Of a stretch of 64,000 nucleotides of DNA, positions 1 to 14,150 are shown one piece after another. Within the stretch, counting starts at the first letter, position 1, and every line of letters starts with the position of its first letter. Position numbers and translations under genes: made by a program. Origin of the DNA: Eledone cirrhosa (Eukaryota); the NCBI GenBank assembly GCA_964016885.1, contig OZ024741.1, forward strand, positions 414,284,001 to 414,348,000. Direction: 5' to 3'. Below the pieces are notes generated by a model that was given only the letters and a program-made list of their open reading frames with translations, was not told the DNA's origin and made no database searches.

Positions 1-2
1 AT

Positions 3-1202
3 ACCAAGTCTAACCACCCTAAATCTATATTGAACTCTATCTCTAAGGGAGTATCTAATAGAATCTCTAATCTATCCTATGACATAAACACATTTAACAG
101 TAACTCTCAGTATTATAATCAGGCATTAGCTAGATCAGGCCATAATACAGGGATAGAGTTCCTACCTACAAAAACACATAGCTACAGTATCATTTCACAC
201 AACATGTCCATGGGAAAATTTAACAATAGGAATAGCAACTGCACACACACTAATAGGGATTGTAACAACAAAAGTAACCCGCACCACAGAAATGACCATA
301 GGAACATTAAAGGAAACAAATCACCAGACATAAAAAACAGAAATAGAAGAGGAAATAATACATTTTTCAATCCTCCTTTCAATTTAAACGTCTCTACCAA
401 CCTACCTAGGGCTTTCTTCTCACTACTAGATAAACACTTCCCATCCGGCCACAGGTACCACGGCCTTTTAAACAAAAACACTATTAAGATCTCTTACTCT
501 ACTACGCCTAACTTAGCATACCACATAGCTAGTACAAATAAAAGAAAAATTAATTCTTACTTCCAACAAACTAAATCACAACAGTCGATAAACCTTCAAA
601 ATAACAGTCAAAGTAACATTATAGCAAATAACCGTAATATCAATGGAAATAATAGTAATAGCACTAGTGTAAACATTAACGCCGCGTACCACAACCCACA
701 TAACCATAACCCTATAGCTAACATCCAAACTTCTACACAGCATAGTAACCGGCAGACTAGCACCCAGAGTAATTGTAACTGTAGATCAAGTAGAACCTGC
801 CCTTTAGATAAAAAATGCTTAACCAAGGATATCATATACTCATGTACAGTCACAACTAACAATTCTTCTGAAACCTATATAGGCTCTACTTCTAACTGCT
901 TCAAAACTAGATACAATTCGCACCTCCACTCTTTCAAAAAACACAGTCTAGCCAACTCCACTTCACTATCTAGCTACATACACTATCTAAAAACTAAAAA
1001 TAAAATATATACACTTAAATGGGAGGTGGTAGGTAGTGCAACATCGTACAAACCACCTAATAAATTTTGTAACCTCTGTCTACTAGAGACCCATACTATC
1101 ATCTTCTCTAAACATAATCTCCTTAATAAAAAATCAGAAGTGTTCGCAACTTGCCAACACCGCTTCCGACACTCGTTCCAAAACTTTAAACCCTATATAT
1201 AA
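3..1202 (+). CDS. PLE polyprotein C-terminus (RT thumb, linker, GIY-YIG endonuclease), partial
   Basis: Motifs SNHP, FFNPPF..V.TNLP..F..LLDKHFP, TIKISYS, CNCR....CPL...C, IIY...YIGST, CNLCLLE; same motifs recur in the other Naiad-type ORFs in this window. Confidence 0.88.
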   Translation, partial: TKSNHPKSILNSISKGVSNRISNLSYDINTFNSNSQYYNQALARSGHNTGIEFLPTKTHSYSIISHNMSMGKFNNRNSNCTHTNRDCNNKSNPHHRNDHRNIKGNKSPDIKNRNRRGNNTFFNPPFNLNVSTNLPRAFFSLLDKHFPSGHRYHGLLNKNTIKISYSTTPNLAYHIASTNKRKINSYFQQTKSQQSINLQNNSQSNIIANNRNINGNNSNSTSVNINAAYHNPHNHNPIANIQTSTQHSNRQTSTQSNCNCRSSRTCPLDKKCLTKDIIYSCTVTTNNSSETYIGSTSNCFKTRYNSHLHSFKKHSLANSTSLSSYIHYLKTKNKIYTLKWEVVGSATSYKPPNKFCNLCLLETHTIIFSKHNLLNKKSEVFATCQHRFRHSFQNFKPYI

Positions 1203-3124
1203 TAATGTCAGACTGGAACCGGCACCACCCCTAGCAATTAACATCAGTAGCTCACCTTACACCTCACATCCACACCCATTTGTATACTCTAAAGATAATA
1301 CTGACAGCATTTTAGTACCACCTACCCTGGGAATACACCCTTGTACCTCTAATTCTGATATCTCGACCGTGGACTACTTAATCTGCATTGCACAAATATA
1401 AGATTAGTATAAACCGGGGACACGGTACTGGTTGCGATAACGTAGTCCTGTGCATGGATTGCCACCAAGAGATAGATTGATGATTAGATAGATAATCGTA
1501 TTGTTATGTGAATATATACTGTAAACGATCAGTTCAATGAATTATGCACAGGTGATGCATGAGTTAGGAGCCTCTGTGTGGCCTGGTGACCTGACCGGCA
1601 TCTCTTTACGAGAGAACCGGCCACTGGACCACCCTGGTGAACTTACCGGCGATGCAGTCATACTACGACCCGAATCTCGCCGGGAGTCATGTATGATAAT
1701 AAGACCATTACTGATAGTGAGACCCATGTAGTTAATTATGTGGTCTGACTCTTCTTATGGATTAGCCGGGGTGGCACCCCACGTTGGATTGTAGTCATCA
1801 TGATACGAACTCCTTTAGTACTTGTTACTGGACTCCACTCTAGCTTGTGGATGGGATACCTGATCTATATGTGGGATGTGAGTTTATGTATTGCTTGGTG
1901 GCCAGACAGGTGCCATGGTATGAGAGATTTAATCTCCAGATTGTAATCATCTTGATGTGAACTCCTTTAGTACCTATTAATAGACTCCACTCTAACTTGT
2001 AGATGTGATACTTAATTGATTTATATATGAGATGGGGGTTGTCTATTCCTTGATGACCAGACTAGTGCCTTTATATGTGAAATTAGATCTCCGGACCATA
2101 CCGAAGATTTACCGGAGATTCAGACATGCAATGACCCGGAGCCTACCGGGGGGCATATATAATAGTGGGACCATACCAGGTCCTACTGTTATATTACATT
2201 TGCATGGAACAGTGACTTGAGAGTCTGACTCCTCTTATAGAATGTTCAGATATGACACCCCTTAATGTATGGTAATCATCTTAATATATACACCCTTGTA
2301 CTTCTTAATGGACAACTCTCTAACCTATAAATGGGTAACATACTCTAGAAATTAGTTATAACTTCATATGATAGGCATGTATTTGAATCACCATTAATGT
2401 AGTTTAGGATAGTAATTTAACTAAGATAACTAGCTAGTTACCTCCCCTTACGCATTAATTCCCCTTAGTCATTCAGACACTTCCGAAATCTGGACAGCAT
2501 GATCTATTAATTAAGAACCGACTGGATACGGTTTATAACTTGATTATATGCTGAACCATCGCGAATTATACGATAGACACGTCTTCTATATATTGCGTCT
2601 CATGGATTATGTGAGTGGTGGTGTGAGCGAAGACAGTGGTACGGCTTTGCCTATGATACAATAAGGTTTATAGTATGTTGAAAGTTTCTGATATTTTGGT
2701 GTTTCCCTGCATCCGAGACTGTATATCATACAGATGTATGAGAATAAATGACTTAATAATTCAGCCCACATAATAAGATCGATTGCCTGCTTCAACTGCC
2801 TGACCCTGCAAATATCATTCTGACGCACTCTAATCATGTATAAATAAGACACGCGTGCATGCTACACGTGAGATTGTTTCATGCACTGACTACTCTAAGC
2901 TTTCCTCTTGCTTTATCTTCATAGACTGCCAACGCTTCATGTTTATCTTTATTTTCATTCTTGCTTTTATTTTTATTTTTATTTTTATCCTGTAACCTTT
3001 ACATGTAAATTGCCATGCTATATCATTTGATGAGTGTCACCCCACTGTTGATCAATATGCGCATATGTTTTATGTGTCTCTTGGGTTGAAAAGGAGGTCA
3101 AGTATGTTATAGATCAGTAAATAG

Positions 3125-3173
3125 TTGCTCCGAAGAATCCAAACCTCGGTTTGGAGGAAACAATTGTAAGCAA
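3125..3173 (+). ncRNA. Minimal type I hammerhead ribozyme (core variant CCGAAGA)
   Basis: ttgct-CCGAAGA-a-tccaaacc(tc)ggtttgga-g-GAAA-caatt-GTA-agcaa: stem I ttgct/agcaa, 8-bp stem II, palindromic stem III acaattgt. Confidence 0.75.
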
Positions 3174-3212
3174 ATAAATGACTTAAACTGAACTTTGATT
3201 ATTGTAATCTCT

Positions 3213-5530
<2,318 letters not shown>

Positions 5531-5850
5531 ATCGAACCAACATAACATAGCTTTAAATTAGGATACCTACTACCCACAGAAATATATTCATTAAGTATAC
5601 TATATCCTTCACAAGTCTATACCACACAATTGTCTGTAGGTATCTCATCTACCAACAATCTTACTCCTTCTCAGCTGCTGCCATCATTTGATCCTAAATC
5701 CTAGCTTTTCTCATTTCACTACTACAATGTTATTTTACCTTCTTTTTGCCATAATTACAATTAGCACGCTTTTCTCTTTGCATGTATGTATATTTTTGTA
5801 CGAGTGTATATTGATGTGTATGTATGTGTCTATGTACACATGCATGTGTA

Positions 5851-5903
<53 letters not shown>

Positions 5904-6310
5904 ATGTGTGTGTGTGTGTGTGTGCGTAAATATATGCGTATATTAATTCGTTAACCTCTGTATTAACTCTACAACTATTTAGCTTTGACAGTGGTCCCAC
6001 TCATGTATACTGTTGAAGATGAAGAGAAAGACTGTAAAAACTAGCTTATCTTTATAATTTAAAATTGATATACACTACGATACTTTGTACATGTCAACGC
6101 TTCATTTTGCCTTATGACAGCTAGTTTTACACGCGGTAACATTAGATACATTATATACCCTCCACCTAAGTAATGTCAGGGTCTCCTTAAATAATTTATT
6201 GATAGCATTGTTGTAATTGTTGTTATTGTTCTAATTGAATGCCATTACTACTTCATATAGTAGCCTGTATTTTCTTTTCTTTTCTTGCCTGTGTATTTTC
6301 TTCATTCTCG

Positions 6311-6423
6311 CATGCTCCAAAGATCTGACTGGTTATAATTCTGTATTGGCGATCGAGTAACGCAAAATTAAGCGGATAGCGATCTCTAGACATACCAGTT
6401 CAGTGAAACAAATGTAAGCTATG
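6311..6423 (+). ncRNA. Degenerate hammerhead ribozyme with extended stem II (core CCAAAGA)
   Basis: catgct-CCAAAGA-t-ctgactggt...accagttcag-t-GAAA-caaat-GTA-agctatg; G5 replaced by A. Confidence 0.5.
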
Positions 6424-6471
6424 TGATTAAAAACTTTTTTGTATAGCAAACCATGTAAACCTTCTTTCCTG

Positions 6472-6513
<42 letters not shown>

Positions 6514-6515
<2 letters not shown>

Positions 6516-8915
6516 CATCATCATCATCAACGTTTAACGTCCGTGTTCCACGCTTGCATGGGTTTGGACGGGGGGTATTCCCACTTGAGGCAAGAGTGAT
6601 TGTCTTGCTCACATAGGACTGTCTGGCAGGTTTTCTACACCAACCACATTTACAGTGTGGGTCTGGGAGGTTTTTACCGTGTTGCCTACACGGCCACATT
6701 ACAGCGTGGACTGTGTGTTTTTTTGTCGTGACACCTACACGATCTCATTTGTTTCGGCCTGGATGGCGTGGCACCGACATAACTTTACATAGAAGGGGGT
6801 GGTGTGGATGGGGTGGGGGTGGTGGGACGAGGTGTATTTTTTTAGAGATGCCTACTGGCTGTAGTAGGTTTTACTATGTATTTAGGTAAGGCGGGTCTTC
6901 TCTGTTACTGAGTACCGCCAAAGGTCTCGGTCCAGTGACATTGTCTTGGAGAGGTGTAAGTGTGTGAGGTCGGAGTTTATCAGCTCGTCCCAGGTTTTTC
7001 TAGGTTTGCCTATTCCGTGGCTACCGTCTATCTTTATTGCCCTGCACTTTGTTATACAGTTATCGACTTTCATGCGCATCACGTGTCCATACCAACGTAG
7101 CCTTCTCTCGAGTAAACAACATCTGATCCCTCTTATTTCTAATTTTTTCCTTAGTTCGTTTATGCTTTGGCGTTCACGTATATTACTGTTACACATCCAG
7201 CGGAGCATGCAAGCTTCGTTCCTCTCTAGTCTGCGTATATCCTCTGCACACAATGCCCAGGTCTCACTGCCATGCAACATTGCTGTTCGTATGCAGGCAT
7301 CATACAACCTGCCTTTCATTTTTAGGGAGAACCCTTTAGCAGCTAATAGTGGTATAAGCTCTCTGAACTTTTTCCATCCAGTTCTGACTCTAGCTACTGT
7401 ACTTTCTGAGCACCCTCCCCCACTGCTGATTTTGTCACCCAGGTAACGGAAGCTGTCCACTATTTCTATAGAGCCCTCTGCGCAGTTGTAAGAGCTAGTA
7501 TTTTGTGGGCACTTGCTGCTACTTATTGCACCAGAGCACCGGCCACATGTAAAAATCTATGTTCTTAGTTAGCTTACCTGTGATCCCACTACATCTTTTA
7601 TGCACCCATACTTTGCATTTGGGACATAAAATGGAGTTTCTACCTACGCCTTTCCTACACACTGAGCATGGCCATTTCCCAGAAGGGACCGCCGCCTTAT
7701 TTTCTTTCCTACAAACTAGAACTTTAGTCTTAGCCAGGTTAATTTTAAGTCCTTTTGATTCTAGGCCATGCTTCCATGTTTGGAATTTCTTCTCTAGCTC
7801 AGCCATTGATTCAGCTATGAGTGTCAGGTCGTCTGCGTATAGGAGTTCCCATGGGCAGCCGGTCTTGAACTCCTCTGTTATAGCCTGAAGGGCAATAATA
7901 AATAGTAGGGGGCTGAGAACAGAGCCCTGATGGACGCCAACTTTTACGCTAAACTCTTCACTATGTTCGTTGTTAATTCTAACCTTGCTGACTGTTTCTT
8001 TATACATGGCTTGTATCGCTCTCACAAGCCATTCATCAACACCTAGTTTTCTAAGAGCCCACCAGATAATGGAGCGGGCGACTCTGTCGAAGGCTTTCTC
8101 CAAGTCGACAAAAGCTAAGTAGAGGGGTTTACGTTTAGCTAGGTACTTCTCCTGTAGTTGTCGTACAATGAAAAGAGCGTCTGTGGTACTTTTGCCTGAC
8201 ACAAACCCGAACTGCATTTCATGTAGGTCAATTCTCTTTCTGATTAGTTGCGCTATTACTTTTTCCGTGACCTTCATGACCTGGTCGATTAATTTAATGC
8301 CTCTATAGTTACTCCTATCTAGGGCATCTCCTTTACCCTTATAACAGTTAACGATGCTGCTGCTATGCCACTCCTTCGGAACAACCCCATTCTGTACGAC
8401 TTGGTTAACTATGTGGGTGACCATGGTGTGTCCCACCGTGCCAGATGCCTTCAGCATCTCAGCGACTATTTCCGAAGGCCCAGCCGCCTTACCCGTCTTC
8501 ATATCCTTGATTGCCTTACTTATTATACTCCCCTCGACTAACACTGCTGGTCCCTCTATTGGGTCGATGTAGGGGAGACTGTCTTTCTCCCATTTATTCT
8601 CCTCATTTACTAGCCTTTCATAGTGACACTTCCAAGCTACCTTCTTATCAGCGTCGGTGATGGCAAGTACACCATCATCATTAAGTAAACACTTCTCCCC
8701 GACAATATCACGGTTTTCCTTGACACATTGCCTAGCAATCCTGAAAACCTCACGTTTTTGGTCCTCGCGTTGTAGAACATGCTTGAACTTTCTTTCCTCT
8801 GCTTCCCTTCTTGCGAAGTACACTTGTCTCCTAGCTTCCCTCCTGGCCACTTGATAGTCTTCTCTACTTCCCCCATTCCGCCATACTTTCCAAGCCTGCT
8901 TTTTGGCCTTAATTG
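6514..8915 (-). mobile_element. RTE-clade LINE, 5'-truncated (RT + C-terminus; 1-nt frameshift near 7553)
   Basis: [60 protein letters not shown]; (GAT)n 3' tail at 6514-6529. Confidence 0.93.
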
Positions 8916-9216
8916 TGTATGTGTTTACTATTTCGTACGTATGTATACGTGCATTTGTGTGTATTACTTACCACGCGTGTCTGTCCAGTTAGCTGCCTTA
9001 TGTAACGGTGTCAAAAATTTTTAATTTATATATATATATATATTTTTTTTTTCTTATATTTATTTGCGTGTGTGAATATGTAGAGGAGTGCATTTATGTA
9101 TGTGTATGTATGTACGTGTATATATGTATGATTGTGTGAATGTATGTATGTATATATGTGTGTGTGTATGGCTATGTTTGTGTATGTGTATGCTTGTACA
9201 CACATATATATATGTA

Positions 9217-9289
<73 letters not shown>

Positions 9290-9396
9290 ATGTATGAATG
9301 TTTGTATGTGTATATGTGTATGTATGTGTATGTGTATATAAGTGTATGTTTTATATATATGTGTATATGTATATATGTATATGTATATATATATAT

Positions 9397-12207
9397 ATCA
9401 TCATCATCAACGTTTAACGTCCGTGTTCCACGCTTGCATGGGTTTGGACGGGGGTAGTCCCACTTGAGGCAAGAGTGATTGTCTTGCTCGCATAGGACTG
9501 TCTGGCAGGTTTTCTACAGTTGGATGCCCTTCCTAACACCAACCACATTTACAGTGTGGGTCTGGGAGGTTTTTACCGTGTTGCCTACACGGCCACATTA
9601 CAGCGTGGACTGTGTGTTTTTTTGTCGTGACACCTACACGATCTCATTTGTTTCGGCCTGGATGGCGCGGCACCAACATAACTTTACATAGAATGGGGTG
9701 GTGTGGATGGGGTGGGGGTGGTGGCGGGACGGGGTGTATTTTGTTAGAGATGCCTACTGGCAAGGCGGGTCTTCTCTGTTACTGAGTACCGCCAAAGGTC
9801 TCGGTCCAGTGACATTGTCTTGGAGAGGTGTAAGTGTGTGAGGTCGGAGTTTATCAGCTCGTCCCAGGTTTTTCTAGGTCTGCCTATTCCGTGGCTACCG
9901 TCTATCTTTATTGCCCTGCACTTTGTTATACAGCTATCGACTTTCATGCGCATCACGTGTCCATACCAACGTAGCCTTCTCTCGAGTAAACAACATCTGA
10001 TCCCTTTTATCTCTAATTTTTTCCTTAGTTCGTTTATGCTTTGCCGTTCACGTATATTACTGTTACACATCCAGCGGAGCATGCAAGCTTCGTTCCTCTC
10101 TAGTCTGCGTATATCCTCTGCACACAATGCCCAGGTCTCACTGCCATGCAACATTGTTGTTCGTATGCAGGCATCGTACAACCTGCCTTTCATTTTTAGG
10201 GAGAACCCTTTAGCAGCTAATAGTGGTATAAGCTCTCTGAACTTTTTCCAACCAGTTCTGACTCTAGCTACAGTACTTTCAGAGCACCCTCCCCCACTGC
10301 TGATTTTATCGCCCAGGTAACGGAAGCTGTCCACTATTTCTATAGAACCCTCTGCGCAATTGAAAGAGCTAGTATTTTGTGGGCACTTGCTGCTACTTAT
10401 TGCACCAGAACACCGGCCACATGTAAAATCTATGTTCTTAGTTAGCTTACCTGTGATCCCACTACATCTTTTATGCACCCATACTTTGCATTTAGGACAT
10501 AAAATGGAGTTTCTACCTACGCCTTTCCTACACACCGAGCACGACCATTTCCCAGAAGGGACCACCGCCTTGTTTTCTTTCCTACAAACTAGAACTTTGG
10601 TCTTAGCCAGGTTAATTTTAAGTCCTTTTGACTCTAGGCCGTGCTTCCATGTTTGGAATTTCTTCTCTAGCTCGGCCATTGATTCCGCTATGAGTGTCAG
10701 GTCGTCTGCGTATAGGAGTTCCCATGGGCAGCCTGCCTTGAACTCCTCTGTTATAGCCTGAAGGGCAATAATAAATAGTAGGGGGCTGAGAACAGAGCCC
10801 TGATGGACGCCAACTTTTACGCTAAACTCTTCACTATATTCGTTGTTAATTCTAACCTTGTGACTGTTTCTTTATACATGGCTTGTATAGCCCTCACAAG
10901 CCATTCGTCAACGCCTAGTTTTCTAAGAGCCCACCAGATAATGGAGCGGGGGACTCTGTCGAAGGCTTTCTCCAGGTCGACAAAAGCTAAGTAGAGGGGT
11001 TTACCTTTATCTAGGTACTTCTCCTGTAGTTGTCGTACTATGAAAAGAGCGTCTGTGGTGCTTTTGCCTGACACAAACCCGAACTGCATTTCATCTAGGT
11101 CAATTCTCTCTCTGATTAGTTGCGCTATTACTTTTTCCGTGACCTTCATGACCTGGTCGATTAATTTAATGCCTCTATAGTTACTCCTATCTAGGGCGTC
11201 TCCTTTACCCTTATAACAGTTAACGATGATGCTGCTATGCCAGTCCTTCGGAACAACCCCATTCTGTACGACTTGGTTAACTATGCGGGTGACCATGGTG
11301 TGTCCCACCGTGCCAGATGCCTTCAGCATCTCAGCAACTATTTCCGAAGGCCCAGCCGCCTTACCCGTCTTCATATCCTTGATTGCCTTACTTATTATAC
11401 TACCCTCGACTAACACTGCTGGTTCCTCTATTGGGTCGATATGGGGGAGACTGTCTTTCTCCCATTTATTCTCCTCATTTAGTAGCCTTTCATAGTGACA
11501 CTTCCAAGCTACCTTCTTATCAGTGTCGGTGATGGCAAGTATGCCATCATCGTTAAGTACACACTTCTCCCCGACAATATCACGGTTTTCCTTGACGCAT
11601 TGCCTAGCAATCCTGAACACCTGACGTTTTTGGTCATCGCGTTGTAGAACATGCTTGAACTTTCTTTCCTCAGCTTCCCTTCTTGCTAAGTACACTTCTC
11701 TCCTAGCTTCCCTCCTGGCCACTTGATAGTCTACTCTACTTCCCCCATCCCGCCATACTTTCCAAGCCTGCTTTTTGGCCTTAATTGACCCCTCCACCTT
11801 ACTGTTCCACCACCATGTTACTCTCCTCCTGCCTACAGGCCTGCTCCAGCCACAGACTTCGTCTGTCGCCAACAGCAGGTTTGCTTTCAGAAATTCCCAC
11901 TGTCCCTCTATATTGTCCGACTCTAGATGCTCTTCCTTACTGTCGAAAGCATCAAGTAATATGCTTTGAAATTTATTTCTGGCTGTGGGGTCCTTTAGCT
12001 TCCATATTTTCCTCCTAAGGATAGTCCTCTTCTGCTGTCGAGTACGTCTCGTCCTGACAATGAGGTCGCTAATTATCAGTCTATGTTGGGAGGTGCATTC
12101 TTCATGGGGGAGGGATTTAGTGTTTACAACAGACACTCTGTCACGTCTTCTGGTAAGGATATAATCTACCTGGCTTGTGTGTTCCCCGGATCTATAGGTG
12201 ATCAGGC

Positions 12208-12208
<1 letters not shown>
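9397..12208 (-). mobile_element. RTE-clade LINE, 5'-truncated within the APE endonuclease; 1-nt deletion near 10860
   Basis: Near-identical to 6514-8915 plus the endonuclease C-terminus (DYILT...SQHRLII); ORF pieces 10817-12136 and 9744-10679; (GAT)n tail. Confidence 0.93.
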
Positions 12209-12239
<31 letters not shown>

Positions 12240-12390
12240 GCGTGTATGTATGCTTTTGTGTTTTTGTGTGTGTGTTTGCATGTGTAGTTTTATTTTATTT
12301 TTCCTTTCCTTCTTCCTTCTCCAGCCTCACTTTCATATAGATTGCATTTTTGTTTTTAAAATCCAAATTCAATAAACAAACCAGGATTTT

Positions 12391-12448
12391 TTCATTCTGA
12401 GGATTGAAAGCAAAACCTTTTGCTTTTAAGAAACCACTGGTAAATGGA
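12391..12448 (+). ncRNA. Type I hammerhead ribozyme, canonical core, in an orphan pLTR fragment
   Basis: ttcatt-CTGAGGA-ttgaaagcaaaa(cc)ttttgcttttaa-GAAA-cc(act)g-GTA-aatgga. Confidence 0.8.
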
Positions 12449-12545
12449 ATAATTGCCTTATGTTGTTTATTACATAATAATAATTAAGCTCTGTTGCCTA
12501 CATAGAGCACTCTTTTTTCCTGGACTTTTCCGACGGAATTACTTC

Positions 12546-12585
<40 letters not shown>

Positions 12586-12667
12586 ATAATAATAAAATTG
12601 AAGACTAAAATCCAAAGAGGGCTCGATAAGGAAAATATATATCAAATATATAAGAACCGTAGAGCAA

Positions 12668-12793
12668 ATATTTATTAAAATAACAGATTAAAGTTTAAGC
12701 AAAGAATCGTTGCTTTCACCCTTAACGGGATCTTCTGATCCCGTTAAGGGTGAAAGCAGCGATTCTTTGCTTAAACTTTAATCTGTTATCTTA

Positions 12794-12801
<8 letters not shown>
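12668..12801. repeat. Near-perfect palindrome, ~65-bp arms, 4-nt loop (12733-12736)
   Basis: ...gctttcacccttaacgggatc-ttct-gatcccgttaagggtgaaagc...; two mismatches seen. Confidence 0.92.
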
Positions 12802-12839
<38 letters not shown>

Positions 12840-12841
<2 letters not shown>

Positions 12842-13884
12842 CATCATCATCATCATCATCATCACCGTTTTACGTCCGTTCTTCCACGCTAGCATGGGTT
12901 AGACGGGTTGTCCTGTTGTGGGCAGTGTCTGGTCGGCTGACCATGCCTTGCTCATACAGGAACTGATCTGGCTTGATTTCTACAGCTGGATGCCCTTCCT
13001 AACACCAACCTCATTTACAGTGAGTGCTGGGTGCTTTTTCGTGGCGCCTACACGTCCACTTTACAGTGTGGGCTGGGTGCTTTTTTGCCGTGGCACCTCC
13101 ACGACCACCTTCCGGTGTGGGGGGGGGCATATTGTTTATATGCTTCAGCATGTACCCATGGGAGTCGGGTACCCTGTATTACTGCGTGACGCCAGAAGTC
13201 ACGGTCGTGTGTCATTGACTTTGAGAGGTGTAGTTGGGTAAGGTCGGCTTTTATCACCTCATCCCAAGTCATCTTGGGTCTCCCCACTCCGCGGTTTCCA
13301 TCAACTTCTAGTGCTCTGCACCTTTTTATGCAGCTGTCATCCTTCATACGCATCACATGTCCATACCAGCGTAACCGCCTCTCCTGCACGCAGCATTTGA
13401 TTCCTCTTATGCTCAGTCTCTCTCTCAATTCCTTTATGCTTTGTCGTTCACGTATATTACTGTTACACATCCATCGGAGCATGCAGGCTTCGTTTCTCTC
13501 TAATCTACGTAAGTCTTCGACCTTCAGCGCCCAGGTCTCACTACCATGCAACATCGCTGTTCGGATACACGCATCATACAGTCTGCCTTTCATTCTGAGG
13601 GAGAAGCCTTTTGCAGCTAGCAGTGGTAGTAGTTCCCTAAACTTCTTCCATCCCGTTCTTACCCTAGTTATTGTACTTTCTGAGCACCCACCTCCGTTGC
13701 TAATTCGGTCACCTAGGTAGCAGAAGCTGTCTACTGTTTCTACAGGGCCCTCCCAGAGATTGGTGGTACTTGTTTCCTGTGGCTGTTTGCTTGCTGTTTC
13801 AGCACAGCTGCTGCATGTGAATCCTACATTCTTAATTAAGCTTCCTGAGATCCCGCTACATCTCTTGTGTACCCATTGTTTGCA
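12840..13884 (-). mobile_element. RTE LINE 3' fragment (second subfamily)
   Basis: CKQWVHKRC...FCYLG...[11 protein letters not shown]...RRLRWYGH; (GAT)n tail; bounded by (TA)n on both sides. Confidence 0.9.
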
Positions 13885-13913
13885 TATATATATATACACA
13901 TATATATATATAC

Positions 13914-13990
<77 letters not shown>

Positions 13991-14010
13991 TACATATATA
14001 TATATATATA

Positions 14011-14044
<34 letters not shown>

Positions 14045-14047
14045 TAT

Positions 14048-14114
<67 letters not shown>

Positions 14115-14150
14115 TATATATATATATACACATATATATATGTGTATATA

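Larger units (their letters stand above)
1..3212 (+). mobile_element. Penelope-like element (Naiad-type), 3' part with ~2-kb 3' UTR/pLTR; 5' part lies outside the window
   Basis: RT-thumb/GIY-YIG ORF to 1202, then a long non-coding tail ending in a hammerhead fold plus AATAAA (3173-3178) immediately before a (TA)n tract. Confidence 0.85.

Noticed and set aside
6946-7446. Recurrent 147-166 aa ORFs antisense to RTE (also 9820-10320, 13274-13720, 28480-28923)
   Set aside because: Shadow ORFs on the opposite strand of the RTE coding sequence; recurrence reflects copy similarity
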